DNA of 64,000 nt from Marinicella sp. GTDB taxonomy: Bacteria > Pseudomonadota > Gammaproteobacteria > Xanthomonadales > Marinicellaceae. Below the pieces are notes generated by a model. The model made no database searches. It had not been told where the DNA came from and saw nothing but the letters and a program-made list of their open reading frames with translations. The DNA lies in assembly GCA_965230295.1 (NCBI GenBank), contig OZ246001.1, positions 224,001 to 288,000 of the forward strand, in the 5' to 3' direction. Both the position numbers and the translations under genes were made by a program. Every line of letters starts with the position of its first letter. Positions within the stretch are counted from its first letter, which is position 1. This document shows positions 52,764 through 63,909 of the stretch, in pieces.

Positions 52764-54059
52764 ATGATATTCAAAGATTCAAAAGTGGCAGTGATTGATG
52801 GCTTAAGAACGCCCTTCATGAAAGCCCCGACTGGTCAAGCCCAGGACTTAAAAGCTTATGATTTGGCCAGAGAAGCCATCAACAACCTCAAACACCGATA
52901 CCCGTTCTTACAGGATGATTGTGATTTGGTCACCATGGGCAGCGTGATACAAAACGCAGCCACTTCAAACATCGCTCGTGAAGCCATGATTGGCGCAGGC
53001 TTGAATCTGAACACCACTGCACAATCGGTCACCATGGCTTGTATATCTGCCAACCTGGCCATAACAAACTCGGCCAATGCCATCCAATTGGGCGCTGCTA
53101 AAGTAGCGATTGCCGGTGGCGTTGAGTCATCTTCTGATGCACCGGTTCGAATCACCCATAAGTTGAAGAAAACACTGTTGCAAGCACAGAAAGCCAAAGG
53201 CATCAAAGGCATGTGGCAGGTGTTTAAAGACTTTAAATTCAAATCACTGGCACCTGAAGCACCAGCCATAGCAGAGTTTTCAACCGGCCTGACCATGGGA
53301 GCCGATGCCGATCAACTGGCTGCAAAATTTGGCGTGAGTAGACAACAACAAGACGAATTTGCATTGCGTTCACACCAAATGGCTGCCGAAGCTTGGAAAG
53401 CCGGTGTGTTTGAAACCGAAGTTTGTCCTTTGGCCATTCCACCTAAATTTTCCTTGGTTGAACAAGACGACACTTTTTATGCCAACTCTTCACTGGAAAA
53501 ACTCAGCCAGCTGAGACCGGCTTTTGTCAGGCCCCATGGCACCATCACTGCAGGTAACGCCTCTCCCATCACCGATGGCGCAGCAGTGAGTTTATTGATG
53601 GATCTGGATGAAGCCAAAAAACGTAAATTAAAACCACAAGTGGTGATTGAGGGTTATGCCTTTTCTGGACAAAACCCACATGGTGAATTGTTGCTGGGTC
53701 CAGCCTACACCATGCCAAAACTGTTGAATGAGGCAGGCCTAAAAATCAGCGACATCGATGTGTATGAAATACATGAAGCCTTTGCTGGACAAGTGCTGGC
53801 TAATCTGGCTGCTTTGCAAGATGCAGATTTCTGTAAAAACAGCCTTGGTCTGAAAGGTGCATTTGGTGAAATTCCCATGGAAAAAATCAACACACAGGGC
53901 GGTTCTTTGTCTCTGGGACATCCTTTTGGAGCCACCGGCTCGAGGCTGTTGACCTCAGCCACCAGACGCCTGATAGAGGGCAAAGGTAAATATGCCCTGA
54001 TCAGTGCCTGTGCCGCAGGAGGATTGGGTTCTTCGATACTACTGAAACGAATAGGATAA
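52764..54059 (+). CDS. fadI: Acetyl-CoA C-acyltransferase (beta-oxidation thiolase)
   Basis: MACIS, HEAFAGQ, GSLSLGHPFGATG, CAAGGLG. Confidence 0.92.
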   Translation: MIFKDSKVAVIDGLRTPFMKAPTGQAQDLKAYDLAREAINNLKHRYPFLQDDCDLVTMGSVIQNAATSNIAREAMIGAGLNLNTTAQSVTMACISANLAITNSANAIQLGAAKVAIAGGVESSSDAPVRITHKLKKTLLQAQKAKGIKGMWQVFKDFKFKSLAPEAPAIAEFSTGLTMGADADQLAAKFGVSRQQQDEFALRSHQMAAEAWKAGVFETEVCPLAIPPKFSLVEQDDTFYANSSLEKLSQLRPAFVRPHGTITAGNASPITDGAAVSLLMDLDEAKKRKLKPQVVIEGYAFSGQNPHGELLLGPAYTMPKLLNEAGLKISDIDVYEIHEAFAGQVLANLAALQDADFCKNSLGLKGAFGEIPMEKINTQGGSLSLGHPFGATGSRLLTSATRRLIEGKGKYALISACAAGGLGSSILLKRIG

Positions 54060-54064
54060 ACATC

Positions 54065-56167
54065 ATGGCCAATTTTAAACTCACCAAAGACAATGAAATA
54101 GCCACCATCTGGATGGATCAAGCTGGCGCCGAAGTGAACACTTTGTCAGTCAAAATGCTGGATGATTTCAGTGGACTGTTAGATAAAATAGAACAGGACG
54201 ATGAAATCAAAGCCGCTGTCCTGATCTCGAAAAAGGATAACTGTTTCATCGCTGGCGCTGACATCAAAGACTTGATGGCCATTGATGATTCAAAAGAAGT
54301 GGAACACCTGTCACGAGAAGGCAATAAAATACTGACGCGCCTTTCCAAACTCAAAAAACCCGTGGTCGCCGCGATTAACGGCGCCTGTTTAGGCGGTGGT
54401 CTTGAAGTCGCCATGGCTTGTCATTACCGCATAGCCACCACCGACAAAAAGACCGTCTTTGGTTTACCTGAAATCAAGTTGGGTTTGTTACCTGGTGGTG
54501 GCGGTACTCAAAGGCTGATCAAACTGACCAACCTGCGGTATGGATTGGATGCCTTGCTAACCGGTAAAAACATCTACCCGTTCAGTGCCAGGAAAGCGGG
54601 GTTGGTTGATAGCCTGGTTCATAAAGAAGGCTTATACCAAGCCGCTTTAAGTGTGGCCGCAAAACCCATCAAACGCAAAGCCAAAAAGACCGGCCTGGTT
54701 GACAAAGCATTGAACACTTCTGCTGGAAGAAACTATGTTTTGAAGAAAGCCCGAGAAACCGTACAAAGAAAAACCAGGGGTAACTACCCGGCTCCACTGA
54801 AAATCCTGGACTGTGTTGAAACGGGTTTGGAACATGGCATGTCAGCTGGTTTAGAAGCCGAAGCCATGGGATTTGCTGAACTCCATGCCAGCAGTGCCTC
54901 AAAGAACCTGATTGGTTTGTTTTTAGCCATGCAGGACAACAAAAAACTAAAAAACAACACCAAAACAGAAAATGTCTCGTCACTGTCGATGATCGGCGCT
55001 GGCTTTATGGGGGCAGGCATCACAGAGGTGTCGATCAAGAACGGATATGATGTGATCCTGAAGGACATATCCAATGAAGGATTGGCCAGTGCCATGAAAA
55101 CGATCTGGTCTGATTTCAGCAAAATGGTGAAGAAAAAAGCCATGGGCGCTGTGGAACGCGATCGACTGATGGCCAAAGTAAAAACCACCACCAATGACGA
55201 TGACCTGAATGGTTCAGATTTGGTGATTGAGGCGGTGTTTGAAGACATTGATCTGAAACAGAAAATACTGGCAGATGTAGAGAGTAGGTGCAAAAAGTCG
55301 ACCATTTTTGCCACCAACACCTCATCATTGCCTCTGGCCAACATTGCTGCCAAAGCCGCCAATCCGCAAAACGTGGTTGGTATGCATTATTTCTCTCCAG
55401 TCCCCAAAATGCCTTTGTTGGAACTGATTGTCACCGATAAAACTTCAAAGAAAGCCCGTCAAATGGCCACCAATGTGGGTATCAAGCAAGGTAAAACTGT
55501 GGTTGTGGTGAAAGATGGACCAGGCTTTTATACCACACGTGTACTATCAGCATTGACACATGAAGCCATTAAGGTATTGCATGATGGTGCCAAAATTGAA
55601 GATGTGGATGCTGCCATGAAAGATTGGGGCTTCCCGGTTGGGCCACTGGCCTTGATGGATGAAGTGGGCATTGATGTGGGAGCTCACATAGCACGTGGTG
55701 CATTGGGTGAAATGTTTGTCAATCGTGGCATTGAACAGGATGACACCGTGCAGAAACTGGCTGATGCCAAATTGTATGGCCGCAAAGCGGGTAAAGGCTT
55801 TTATACGTATCCAAAGAAAGGACGCAAATCTGTCAATACCGACATTTATCAATACTTCGGTGGCGAGGAACGCAAAGAGTTTTCAAAAACCGACATCCAA
55901 AATCGCATTGGGCTGATTTTTGTCAACGAGTGTGTGCATTGTTTAGAAGAAGGCATTTTGTTTGCAGCCAAAGACGGCGACTTGGCAGCCATTTTAGGTT
56001 TGGGCTTTCCACCATTCACTGGCGGCCCATTCAGCTACATTGATGCGCAAGGTGCTGATCAGGTTCTTGAAACATTGACTGCCCTAGAGGAACAGCACGG
56101 TTCAAGGTTCAAGCCAGCCAAGTTATTGGCCAAACACGCCAAGAACAACAAAGCTTTTGTTGATTAA
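54065..56167 (+). CDS. fadJ: Fatty acid oxidation complex alpha subunit
   Basis: FIAGADI, GGGLE, GAGFMG, TNTSSL, GMHYFSPV, GFPPFTGGPF. Confidence 0.92.
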   Translation: MANFKLTKDNEIATIWMDQAGAEVNTLSVKMLDDFSGLLDKIEQDDEIKAAVLISKKDNCFIAGADIKDLMAIDDSKEVEHLSREGNKILTRLSKLKKPVVAAINGACLGGGLEVAMACHYRIATTDKKTVFGLPEIKLGLLPGGGGTQRLIKLTNLRYGLDALLTGKNIYPFSARKAGLVDSLVHKEGLYQAALSVAAKPIKRKAKKTGLVDKALNTSAGRNYVLKKARETVQRKTRGNYPAPLKILDCVETGLEHGMSAGLEAEAMGFAELHASSASKNLIGLFLAMQDNKKLKNNTKTENVSSLSMIGAGFMGAGITEVSIKNGYDVILKDISNEGLASAMKTIWSDFSKMVKKKAMGAVERDRLMAKVKTTTNDDDLNGSDLVIEAVFEDIDLKQKILADVESRCKKSTIFATNTSSLPLANIAAKAANPQNVVGMHYFSPVPKMPLLELIVTDKTSKKARQMATNVGIKQGKTVVVVKDGPGFYTTRVLSALTHEAIKVLHDGAKIEDVDAAMKDWGFPVGPLALMDEVGIDVGAHIARGALGEMFVNRGIEQDDTVQKLADAKLYGRKAGKGFYTYPKKGRKSVNTDIYQYFGGEERKEFSKTDIQNRIGLIFVNECVHCLEEGILFAAKDGDLAAILGLGFPPFTGGPFSYIDAQGADQVLETLTALEEQHGSRFKPAKLLAKHAKNNKAFVD

Positions 56168-56197
56168 TCTCAGTGATGTAAATTAACGACCAGAAGA

Positions 56198-57247
56198 TCA
56201 AGCCGAAATGGATTGGTCTTCTTTTTGTTGGTTTGACTGACTACCGTGGCTGATGTCCTTGTAGTCAGCCACCACTGCAACATTTTTACCACTTTGTTTG
56301 GCTTTATAAAGCGCATTATCTGCACGCACCAAGGTTTCTTTACTGATTGATTCACCAGCCACCCATTGAGCGACCCCAATACTGACAGTGAGTTTCAAAT
56401 CAATGATGTTACTGATGTTGAACTCCGTTTCAGATATCTTCTTGACCAATTTATTGGCCACTTGATTGGCTTCAAATAGCCCCGTCACTGGTAGTAAAAC
56501 CACAAACTCTTCACCACCCCAGCGATAGACACTGTCGGATTTTCTGACATAAGCTTTGATGAATTGACTGACGCCTTTGAGAACTTCATCACCCACTGCA
56601 TGACCAAATTCGTCGTTGATCAGTTTGAAATCATCAAGATCTAAAATCAACACAGACAGATCGCTGTTCGAAGACATACAAAACTCACGTTCTTTGACTG
56701 CATTACTGGCAAAGGCGCGACGATTGAACAGTTGCGTGAGTTCATCTGTGATCAGTTCATGTTTCAGTAATGCTTTTGATTCACGATGAATTTTTGCCCA
56801 CTTGGTGATGCCATATGTGCCAAACAGGTAACTGGCTACCATCAACAACCCTGCAGCATACCAAGATAAATTCGAAGGCGTGGAAAATAAAAATGACATG
56901 ATCAGCACAGTCAAAGCCAAATGGCCGGAAAGAAAGCCCAGTGCCATGGCTCTGCCCTTCAGATGTTTGGCATAAATGTCATTGATGACAAAAACATAAA
57001 ACGAAAACAAGGACAACACCGAGTAAATGCCTACCAGAACCCAATCAACACTGTCTTGAAACCCGTACATTTCGTAACACACGTAACCCAACAACAGGTT
57101 AAATATGACAAACACCACTGCATATGCCAAAGAGCGCAGCCATGGATTGGTTTTAGATTTTGAGCTGTTTTCTGACACCCTGAACAATACAAAAAAATAC
57201 AATTCACACCATTTTAACAACTGACCACCCCGGATACTGTGAAACAC
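56198..57247 (-). CDS. Membrane diguanylate cyclase (GGEEF); start uncertain
   Basis: TM helices; TDELTQLFNRR, DLDDFKLINDEFGH, RWGGEEF. Confidence 0.9.
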   Translation of the reverse strand: MFHSIRGGQLLKWCELYFFVLFRVSENSSKSKTNPWLRSLAYAVVFVIFNLLLGYVCYEMYGFQDSVDWVLVGIYSVLSLFSFYVFVINDIYAKHLKGRAMALGFLSGHLALTVLIMSFLFSTPSNLSWYAAGLLMVASYLFGTYGITKWAKIHRESKALLKHELITDELTQLFNRRAFASNAVKEREFCMSSNSDLSVLILDLDDFKLINDEFGHAVGDEVLKGVSQFIKAYVRKSDSVYRWGGEEFVVLLPVTGLFEANQVANKLVKKISETEFNISNIIDLKLTVSIGVAQWVAGESISKETLVRADNALYKAKQSGKNVAVVADYKDISHGSQSNQQKEDQSISA

Positions 57248-57342
57248 TTCTCATCCAGCTCCTAAAACGGCACCACACAAAGCTTTCAGGCACAAAAAAG
57301 GCCGGTAAACCGGCCTTCTTGAATGATGCTTGAAAGTAAGTA

Positions 57343-57735
57343 TCAACGTTTCGAGAACTGCACTGAACGACGTGCTTTTCGTAAACCGACTTTCTTTCTT
57401 TCCACTTTTCTGGCATCACGAGTCAAGAAAGAGTGTTCTTTCAACTGTGAACGCAAAGTATCGTCTGATTCCAACAAGGCGCGAGACAGGCCCAATCTGA
57501 TTGCACCAGCCTGACCAGTGGTACCACCACCGACAACTGTTGCTTTGATATCAAACTGATCTTCCATGCCCAACTTCTCTAAAGGCTGCTTAACCACCAT
57601 TCTGGCAGTTTCGCGGCTGAAGTATTCACTGATGTCTTTATCGTTAACGATGATTTTTCCAGAACCAGGTGTTAAGAATACACGTGCAGAAGAAGATTTT
57701 CTTCTACCAGTTCCATAATATTGTTGAGTTGCCAT
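57343..57735 (-). CDS. rpsI: 30S ribosomal protein S9
   Basis: [19 protein letters not shown]. Confidence 0.98.
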   Translation of the reverse strand: MATQQYYGTGRRKSSSARVFLTPGSGKIIVNDKDISEYFSRETARMVVKQPLEKLGMEDQFDIKATVVGGGTTGQAGAIRLGLSRALLESDDTLRSQLKEHSFLTRDARKVERKKVGLRKARRSVQFSKR

Positions 57736-57755
57736 AATATTCTTATACCTCGTAA

Positions 57756-58184
57756 TTATATTTCTAAAGCTTTGGGTTCTTGTGCTTCATGTGGGTGTGA
57801 AGGACCTGCATATACTTTTAACTTGCGGTACATTTGACGACCCAATGTATTTTTAGGCAACATACCCTTAACTGCTTTCTCAATCACTCGCTCAGGATGC
57901 TTGTCTAACAAATCTTTCAATTTAATAGATTTCAAATTTCCCACATACCCGGTGTGGTGGTGATAAATTTTATCATTCAACTTGTTACCGGTTACTGCCA
58001 CTTTATCAGCGTTAACAACAACAATGTAATCACCTGTGTCCACATGAGGTGTAAATTCTGGTTTGTGCTTACCACGAAGCCTTAAAGCAATTTCAGAGGC
58101 CATGCGACCCAAAGTTTTACCTTCGGCATCAATCAAAAACCACTCGCGATTGATTTCTTCTGCTTTTGCACTAAATGTTTTCAT
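57756..58184 (-). CDS. rplM: 50S ribosomal protein L13
   Basis: [23 protein letters not shown]. Confidence 0.98.
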   Translation of the reverse strand: MKTFSAKAEEINREWFLIDAEGKTLGRMASEIALRLRGKHKPEFTPHVDTGDYIVVVNADKVAVTGNKLNDKIYHHHTGYVGNLKSIKLKDLLDKHPERVIEKAVKGMLPKNTLGRQMYRKLKVYAGPSHPHEAQEPKALEI

Positions 58185-58311
58185 ATTATTCTACGTTTCT
58201 GTTTAATTATTGGGCTTGATTTGGAACATTGAAATGCACACTCAGACCACGCCATTCACAAAGAGCGGGAATAGTACTTAAATACGTGCCTGGTTGCAAG
58301 TATTTTGTTGA

Positions 58312-58857
58312 TTAATTTATGCTGTCTGAAGGAACACCCACAGCATTCATTTCTGCAAACAACACCATCACTCCGGTGCGAACATATTCGGTGATTTCCA
58401 TAAAGTCCAATTCTTCACCTTCTACATCGTCCGAATCGTTCTCGATTCTGGCTATTTGGCCCATGTCGTGTAGGAATTCCTGCCCTTCCTTAGATAGGTG
58501 TGATTCTGTCATACCTGCGGTTCCCATGGCAGACAAATAGGTGGAAACCCACTCAGCCAAAACCGCCACTCGATCTGCCAATGAACTGTTGTCTTCTGGT
58601 AACAACAACTGGTAAGAATAATCGTCCTTTTGCAACTGCTCTTTGGCATAATCAAAAACCGCTGACATGACCATTTTAAAATTGGCATCCTGCGGATTTT
58701 CCACACAGTATTCATGGACCATCTGATTCAGCCAAAATTCAAAAGATGTGGCTTGATTGACACACAAGACGGCAGAGGCTTGTGCATGTAATTCAGAGGG
58801 CGATGCCAATACACCGATTGACTTTAAATGGTCAGCAAATGGCTGATATGGAATCAT
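58312..58857 (-). CDS. UPF0149 (YgfB/YecA) family protein
   Basis: SPSELH, QLLLPED, EYVR; divergent from zapA as usual. Confidence 0.85.
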   Translation of the reverse strand: MIPYQPFADHLKSIGVLASPSELHAQASAVLCVNQATSFEFWLNQMVHEYCVENPQDANFKMVMSAVFDYAKEQLQKDDYSYQLLLPEDNSSLADRVAVLAEWVSTYLSAMGTAGMTESHLSKEGQEFLHDMGQIARIENDSDDVEGEELDFMEITEYVRTGVMVLFAEMNAVGVPSDSIN

Positions 58858-59031
58858 TTTTCTATTTCTGTTCTAAATAGTGACGTATTTTATGATATTT
58901 TTCATAAACTTGTGTTAATTTTCTCATATGTTTGTTGACCTTTAAGGGTGAACAAACTATATTTATTCAGTGAGCGTGAATCGGCGGTTGTCGATCATGC
59001 CCGAATTTTGATCACTTACTTGGCCTTGAAG

Positions 59032-59235
59032 ATGGATGACATTAGAGTATTAGAACGAACAACAGATCAATTGATTGATTTATTGAATAAGATCAAAGCT
59101 GAAAACAAAGCTTTGCGCAATAAATTAGATGAATTAAGCACTGAAAAATCCTTATTGATGCAAAAGAATGACCAAGCCAAAACCCGTCTTGAGTCCATGA
59201 TTTCCCGCCTTAAAACACTGGAGCAAACGGCATGA
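59032..59235 (+). CDS. TIGR02449-type / ZapB-like coiled-coil protein
   Basis: KNDQAKTRLESMISRLKTLEQ; overlaps the zapA start. Confidence 0.85.
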   Translation: MDDIRVLERTTDQLIDLLNKIKAENKALRNKLDELSTEKSLLMQKNDQAKTRLESMISRLKTLEQTA

Positions 59236-59525
59236 GCCAAACCAAAATCTCTGTCCGCATCCTGAACCGCAATTACCAATTTGCCTGCCAGGAAGATGAA
59301 CGCACATCATTGTTATCTGCTGCAGATCATTTAGACAAAACCATGCATGAGATCAAAGATTCCAACAGCACCATGTCAAGTGACAAGATTGCCCTGATGG
59401 CAGCATTGAACATCTCGCATGAACTCATCAAATCACAGTCCATCAATCAACACTACGACACAGAAGTTTTATCCACAGTCAAAAAACTCAACGATAAACT
59501 TGAACAAGCCTTGGCTAGCGACTAA
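59232..59525 (+). CDS. zapA: Cell division protein ZapA
   Basis: ILNRNYQFAC, MAALNI. Confidence 0.93.
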   Translation: MSQTKISVRILNRNYQFACQEDERTSLLSAADHLDKTMHEIKDSNSTMSSDKIALMAALNISHELIKSQSINQHYDTEVLSTVKKLNDKLEQALASD

Positions 59526-59537
59526 AATTTGCTTAAT

Positions 59538-59727
59538 GGTGTTGACTGCCGTGTTCGAGGTATATAAGCATATGCCTTGGCCCTAATTAATATTTACAGG
59601 AATTTTTATCGGCTTGTCAGTGTGCATGCTCACCTTGTAGTGAGAAGCCTTAGACAGTAGAGGAATTTCCGCCTTGTACCTTTGGTACCAAGGACGCCAG
59701 TATACAACGGCACAAGTGGTCAACATC
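59538..59727 (+). ncRNA. ssrS: 6S RNA
   Basis: ~190 nt between zapA and ygfA; terminal pairing GGTGTTGACTGCCGTGT / ACAACGGCACAAGTGGTCAACATC. Confidence 0.88.
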
Positions 59728-59798
59728 TCCATCCTTTTCAACGCCCCCAGTTGTTTGTTAAACTGAGCACAACCGTTTCCAAAGTTCTTGAATCAACC

Positions 59799-60341
59799 AT
59801 GAACAAACAAGACATCAGGTCTGAACTGGTGGCCAAAAGAAAATCTTTGACCACCAATGAAATCAAGCAAAACAGCCAACGTGTGCTTGACCGCATCATC
59901 CACTCTGATGTTTGGTTCAATGCCCGGCATGTTGGCATCTATTTACCATTCAACGGAGAAATAGATTTATCCATGTTATTGGATGAAAGCACCAAGGACA
60001 TCTACATACCTGCGATCATGGGTCAATCCATGCAGTTTCATAGACACCATGCCAATTTGATCATCAGACCACACCGTTATGGCATCCTGCAGCCAAACTT
60101 CATTCCGGAATTAGAACCTGCTGCTTTGGACCTGTGTCTAACACCATTGGTGGGTTTTGATATGAATGGCAACCGATTGGGTATGGGAGGGGGCTATTAC
60201 GACCGTTATTTTGCTGGTAACCAACAAACCATTCTGGCTGGTGTGGCCCATCAATTTCAGCAAGTCAGCCAATTGCCCGCCGACCCCTGGGATGTTAAAC
60301 TGCAGCACATCTTCACTGACCAAGGGCACATTACACCATGA
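59799..60341 (+). CDS. ygfA: 5-formyltetrahydrofolate cyclo-ligase
   Basis: [24 protein letters not shown]. Confidence 0.94.
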   Translation: MNKQDIRSELVAKRKSLTTNEIKQNSQRVLDRIIHSDVWFNARHVGIYLPFNGEIDLSMLLDESTKDIYIPAIMGQSMQFHRHHANLIIRPHRYGILQPNFIPELEPAALDLCLTPLVGFDMNGNRLGMGGGYYDRYFAGNQQTILAGVAHQFQQVSQLPADPWDVKLQHIFTDQGHITP

Positions 60342-60997
60342 ATTCTGAACAACTCAAAGCTCAAGTGGCCAAAGCCGCCCTCACCTACATCAATGACTAT
60401 GACATGGTGGTGGGTATTGGCACCGGTTCTACCGTTAATCACTTGATTGATTTGTTACCAGAAGTCAAAAACCGCATTGAGGCCGTGGTCTCCAGCTCGG
60501 AAGCGTCAACCCGACGACTGGAAGTCTTGGGCTTCAATGTCAAAGAACTGAATCAGACCGGTGATTTGTCCTTGTACATTGATGGTGCCGATGAATGCGA
60601 TCCCCACAACCGTCTGGTCAAAGGTGGCGGCGGCGCTTTAACCCGAGAAAAAATCATCGCTGGTGCCAGCAAACAGTTTGTTTGTATCGTTGATGAAAGT
60701 AAATGTATTGACCTGTTAGGTGGTTTCCCTTTACCGATAGAAGTGATCCCCATGGCACGCAGTTTTGTGGCCCGACAAATGGTCAAACTCGGCGGCCAAC
60801 CCATTTATCGAGAAGGCTTTGTCACCGACAATGGCAACCAGATCATTGATATTCACAACCTCAAAATCCTGGATCCCGTTGAGTTAGAAGCCAAAGTTAA
60901 CCAAATTCCTGGTGTGGTTACCAATGGTTTGTTCGCTGACCGCAAAGCCGATGTGACGTTGATCGCGCAAGCGGATGGTCAGATCAGGAAACAGTAA
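60338..60997 (+). CDS. rpiA: Ribose-5-phosphate isomerase A
   Basis: [23 protein letters not shown]. Confidence 0.97.
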   Translation: MNSEQLKAQVAKAALTYINDYDMVVGIGTGSTVNHLIDLLPEVKNRIEAVVSSSEASTRRLEVLGFNVKELNQTGDLSLYIDGADECDPHNRLVKGGGGALTREKIIAGASKQFVCIVDESKCIDLLGGFPLPIEVIPMARSFVARQMVKLGGQPIYREGFVTDNGNQIIDIHNLKILDPVELEAKVNQIPGVVTNGLFADRKADVTLIAQADGQIRKQ

Positions 60998-61003
60998 ATC
61001 CAT

Positions 61004-61423
61004 TGTCATCCTGAGCGAGTAACGCGAGTCGAAGGACCTCCCAAAAACCCGGCTGTGTTTTCATACTTAAAGGTGACCCAAAGAAATTAACCAGATTAAG
61101 GGGATTCCTCCACTCACTTCGTTCGGTCGGAATGACCACAGAGTCAAGGCTTTTAAATCTTCAGTTTGATTGAGTTCTTATATAACTTTTGATATCGCGC
61201 ACCTGGATACCGGCCTTCGCCGGTATGACGGTTGTATGTCATCCTGAGCAAGCAATGCGAAAACTTTTCTAACCTACACTCCAGCAATTACTGTACTGCC
61301 CTTGAGGTCAGCCGCTGGCTGAGCGGAGTCGAAGCCAGTAAAAGTTTAATTGCTGACATAATGACCAATAACTGTTCACTTAGACTCCAGCCTGTCCTGA
61401 GCCAGTCGAAGGGCTCAGTGAAC
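61004..61423. repeat. Mixed REP cluster (CGTC/TGTC-tagged and GCTGAGCGGAGTCGAAG types)
   Basis: TGTCATCCTGAGCG..GAAGGA (61004), ..GGAATGAC (~61136), GGATACCGGCCTTCGCCGGTATGACG (61205-61230), 61317-61336, nested unit 61374-61423. Confidence 0.85.
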
Positions 61424-61485
61424 GGGAATGGTTCAGGTATGTGATGACAAACAATTAAATACTTAAAAGCATATTGACGCCCTAT

Positions 61486-62721
61486 TCAGTCCCCTATCTC
61501 CACCAAAATAATCCGATTGGTGGCGCTTTGGTGAATCAACAGATCACCGTCTTTGGTGGGTCTGATGTGGCGGGCGATGCCGCCATAAAAGGGGCCAGAC
61601 GGGATCGGCCAGCTTTGGAAGGTTTCGGTTTTGGGGTCAAAACGGACCAATGGATCAGGACGCATGCCCGACTCGTTGTACCAGATGACATCATTGATCA
61701 CCGCGATCGCATAAGGGTGCGATTTGGAGCCACTGGGCGACGGCCATTCTTTGATGGCGCCACCTTTGGGATCATAGACGCCTAATCGGCCTCGGCCCGA
61801 ATTGACATACCAGATTCGTCCTTCACTGTCGATATCGAGGCGACGTACATGGGTGTCCTCATGCGGCAACTTGATTTCAGTGATCGCCATACTATCAGGG
61901 TCTAACTTAACCAAACAATTACTGCCATTACAGGCCACATAAATATCGCCATTGGCGGCCACTTTGATGCCATACGGCCTGGAGCGTTCAGTGGGCATGG
62001 TGACCAAATCAATCTCCTCAGTGTTTCGGTTTAATCGGCCTACCATGTTCGAGTGTTGCAGGGTAAACCAGAGCATACCTGTGGCATCAAACACCGCGGT
62101 GTGCGGATCTTTGGCTGCAGGATCTGGCATCTTGAATGCCTTGATGGCACCTGTTGTTGGATTAAGCAAACCCATGGTGGCGTTTTTGTTGCCGGTGTAC
62201 CACACAGATCCATCTGGACCGATGGTTACCGAATGCGGCTTGGCGCCCGCTGGCAATGGATACTCTTTCATTTCATCGGTTTTGGGGTCTATCCAACCGA
62301 TGATGTCACCCCACTGTCCAACCCACCAAATTTTTCCATCAGGGGCCTCTACCGGGTCACGAGAACGTTGGCCCAAAGTAGGCACCACCCACTCTTTAAA
62401 GTTGATTTTAACTTCGCCATCAGGCAAAACAGGTTTTCTGCGCCCATTGGGTGAGAAATGTTCAGCCAAATAATCAATCAGCTGTTGTCTTTGTTCAGGC
62501 ACCGCAGATAAATCGATCATGGATTCAGTGACTGCCAACCAATTGGCAGCATCATAACCCAAACCATATGTGATGCGATTGACCGCATGACAAGAAGTGC
62601 AGTAATTACTAACCCACTGCTTTCCTTCACCGTCTGGTAAGTCCGCAGCCATTGAGAGTGAAGAGTATGAACCAATGAACAAAGCGAAAGCTAAGAAGTT
62701 AAAAGGGTTGTAAGATTTCAT
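61486..62721 (-). CDS. Exported protein: N-terminal c-type cytochrome fused to Vgb (virginiamycin B lyase)-like beta-propeller
   Basis: Signal peptide; LPDGEGK..CTSCH; repeated P-H/Y-x-I..DG.VW propeller blades. Confidence 0.82.
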   Translation of the reverse strand: MKSYNPFNFLAFALFIGSYSSLSMAADLPDGEGKQWVSNYCTSCHAVNRITYGLGYDAANWLAVTESMIDLSAVPEQRQQLIDYLAEHFSPNGRRKPVLPDGEVKINFKEWVVPTLGQRSRDPVEAPDGKIWWVGQWGDIIGWIDPKTDEMKEYPLPAGAKPHSVTIGPDGSVWYTGNKNATMGLLNPTTGAIKAFKMPDPAAKDPHTAVFDATGMLWFTLQHSNMVGRLNRNTEEIDLVTMPTERSRPYGIKVAANGDIYVACNGSNCLVKLDPDSMAITEIKLPHEDTHVRRLDIDSEGRIWYVNSGRGRLGVYDPKGGAIKEWPSPSGSKSHPYAIAVINDVIWYNESGMRPDPLVRFDPKTETFQSWPIPSGPFYGGIARHIRPTKDGDLLIHQSATNRIILVEIGD

Positions 62722-62811
62722 GATGTAACCAAGGAAATGTATTGCTCGTTATCAGTATAACAGCTCAACCAATAATTGACGTGAATTGAGGCCCCTTATC
62801 GATGATCTCCA

Positions 62812-63273
62812 TCATTTGTCAAATTCATAGGTGTATCCGATAAACTTTTCTACTTCAGCTGGATGTAAGGACTGATAAAGTGCCTGGGCGGGCACGTTAT
62901 CCGTCTCAGTGCCTAACCACAGTTCTTGACAACCTGAGTTCCGAGCCAGTTTGATCATTTCAAGCATGAGGGCTTTACCAGCTCCTTTTTGACGTTGATC
63001 TGCGCACACATCCACCTCGTCAACATACAACCATTGTTGACGTTGATAAGGCTTGACCTCAATTCGTCCTGATGCCATGCCTAGTAAGACTTTTTGCTGG
63101 CCAATTTTTTCATAACAAACCAAAAAAACAGTGCCTTGATTTTCCAGGTATGATTGCAAGGAACCTAAGTCATATTCAGGCAGGTCATTGTCTTCATCCC
63201 ATGATGCGTTGTTGATCTCATCAACCAATTGTTGCAGGCTGGTTTCAGTTGAAATTAAATCAACAGTGATCAT
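62812..63273 (-). CDS. GNAT N-acetyltransferase
   Basis: LYVDEVDV..QRQKGAG, LWLGTETDN.PAQALY. Confidence 0.85.
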   Translation of the reverse strand: MITVDLISTETSLQQLVDEINNASWDEDNDLPEYDLGSLQSYLENQGTVFLVCYEKIGQQKVLLGMASGRIEVKPYQRQQWLYVDEVDVCADQRQKGAGKALMLEMIKLARNSGCQELWLGTETDNVPAQALYQSLHPAEVEKFIGYTYEFDK

Positions 63274-63299
63274 TGTTTGGTCTCTTATTTGCAAAATGG

Positions 63300-63826
63300 T
63301 CAAACTTCATAAATATAAAGCCCCATCAATTCATCTTCGCCGTTGAACCTAAGCTCCTTGTAAATGCGCTCCGTTTTGAACTGCAGCGGATTCAGTTCAC
63401 TCATTTGCATGTCGCGATCAATCACATAAGAAACCACAATAGACAAGTCAGCTTCCTCTGTATTTTTTTCGAATTGCTCTACCCTGAATTCTAGGGCCTG
63501 TTAGCACTCAATGAGTGACGACTGTTATGACTGAAAACATCACAATCAAGGCGCGAATCGCGTGATTTGGTGTGCCAATTGAGTGATGAGCAACGCAGGG
63601 TGTGGTGTTTTCAGCCTTAACCCATCGGGCTGGACCGTATTTTCCACCCAACAACGCACCAATCGTTCATGTGGGATGACCACATATCACGATTGGTGCG
63701 TTGTTGGCTGAAAAATACGGTTTCAGCAGTGGTCACTCATTGAGTACTAACAGGCCCAAGTATCGTGTTGTTTTCAATCTGTTCAATTGCAGTTTTGGCT
63801 TGCTCCAACATGTCTTTAATTTTCAT
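63300..63826 (-). pseudogene. 86-aa hypothetical protein gene interrupted by a MITE
   Basis: Removing the MITE and one target-site copy gives one stop-free frame MKIKDMLEQA...NTIL|EFRVEQ...LYIYEV*. Confidence 0.7.
63495..63756. mobile_element. MITE (262 bp), 25-bp TIRs, CTAG/CAAG target-site duplication
   Basis: GGCCTGTTAGCACTCAATGAGTGAC ... GTCACTCATTGAGTACTAACAGGCC (24/25 match); two long internal hairpins; no transposase. Confidence 0.88.
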
Positions 63827-63909
63827 CAACTATCTCACTACTCTATAAGTCACAACTTAAGATATAAAGGCCTGATGATTAAATTAAAAGGGCGAAGTCT
63901 AAAAGTCCC

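Noticed and set aside
63273-63494. 73-aa plus-strand ORF (and 63701-63913)
   Set aside because: Antisense to the two halves of the MITE-disrupted minus-strand gene
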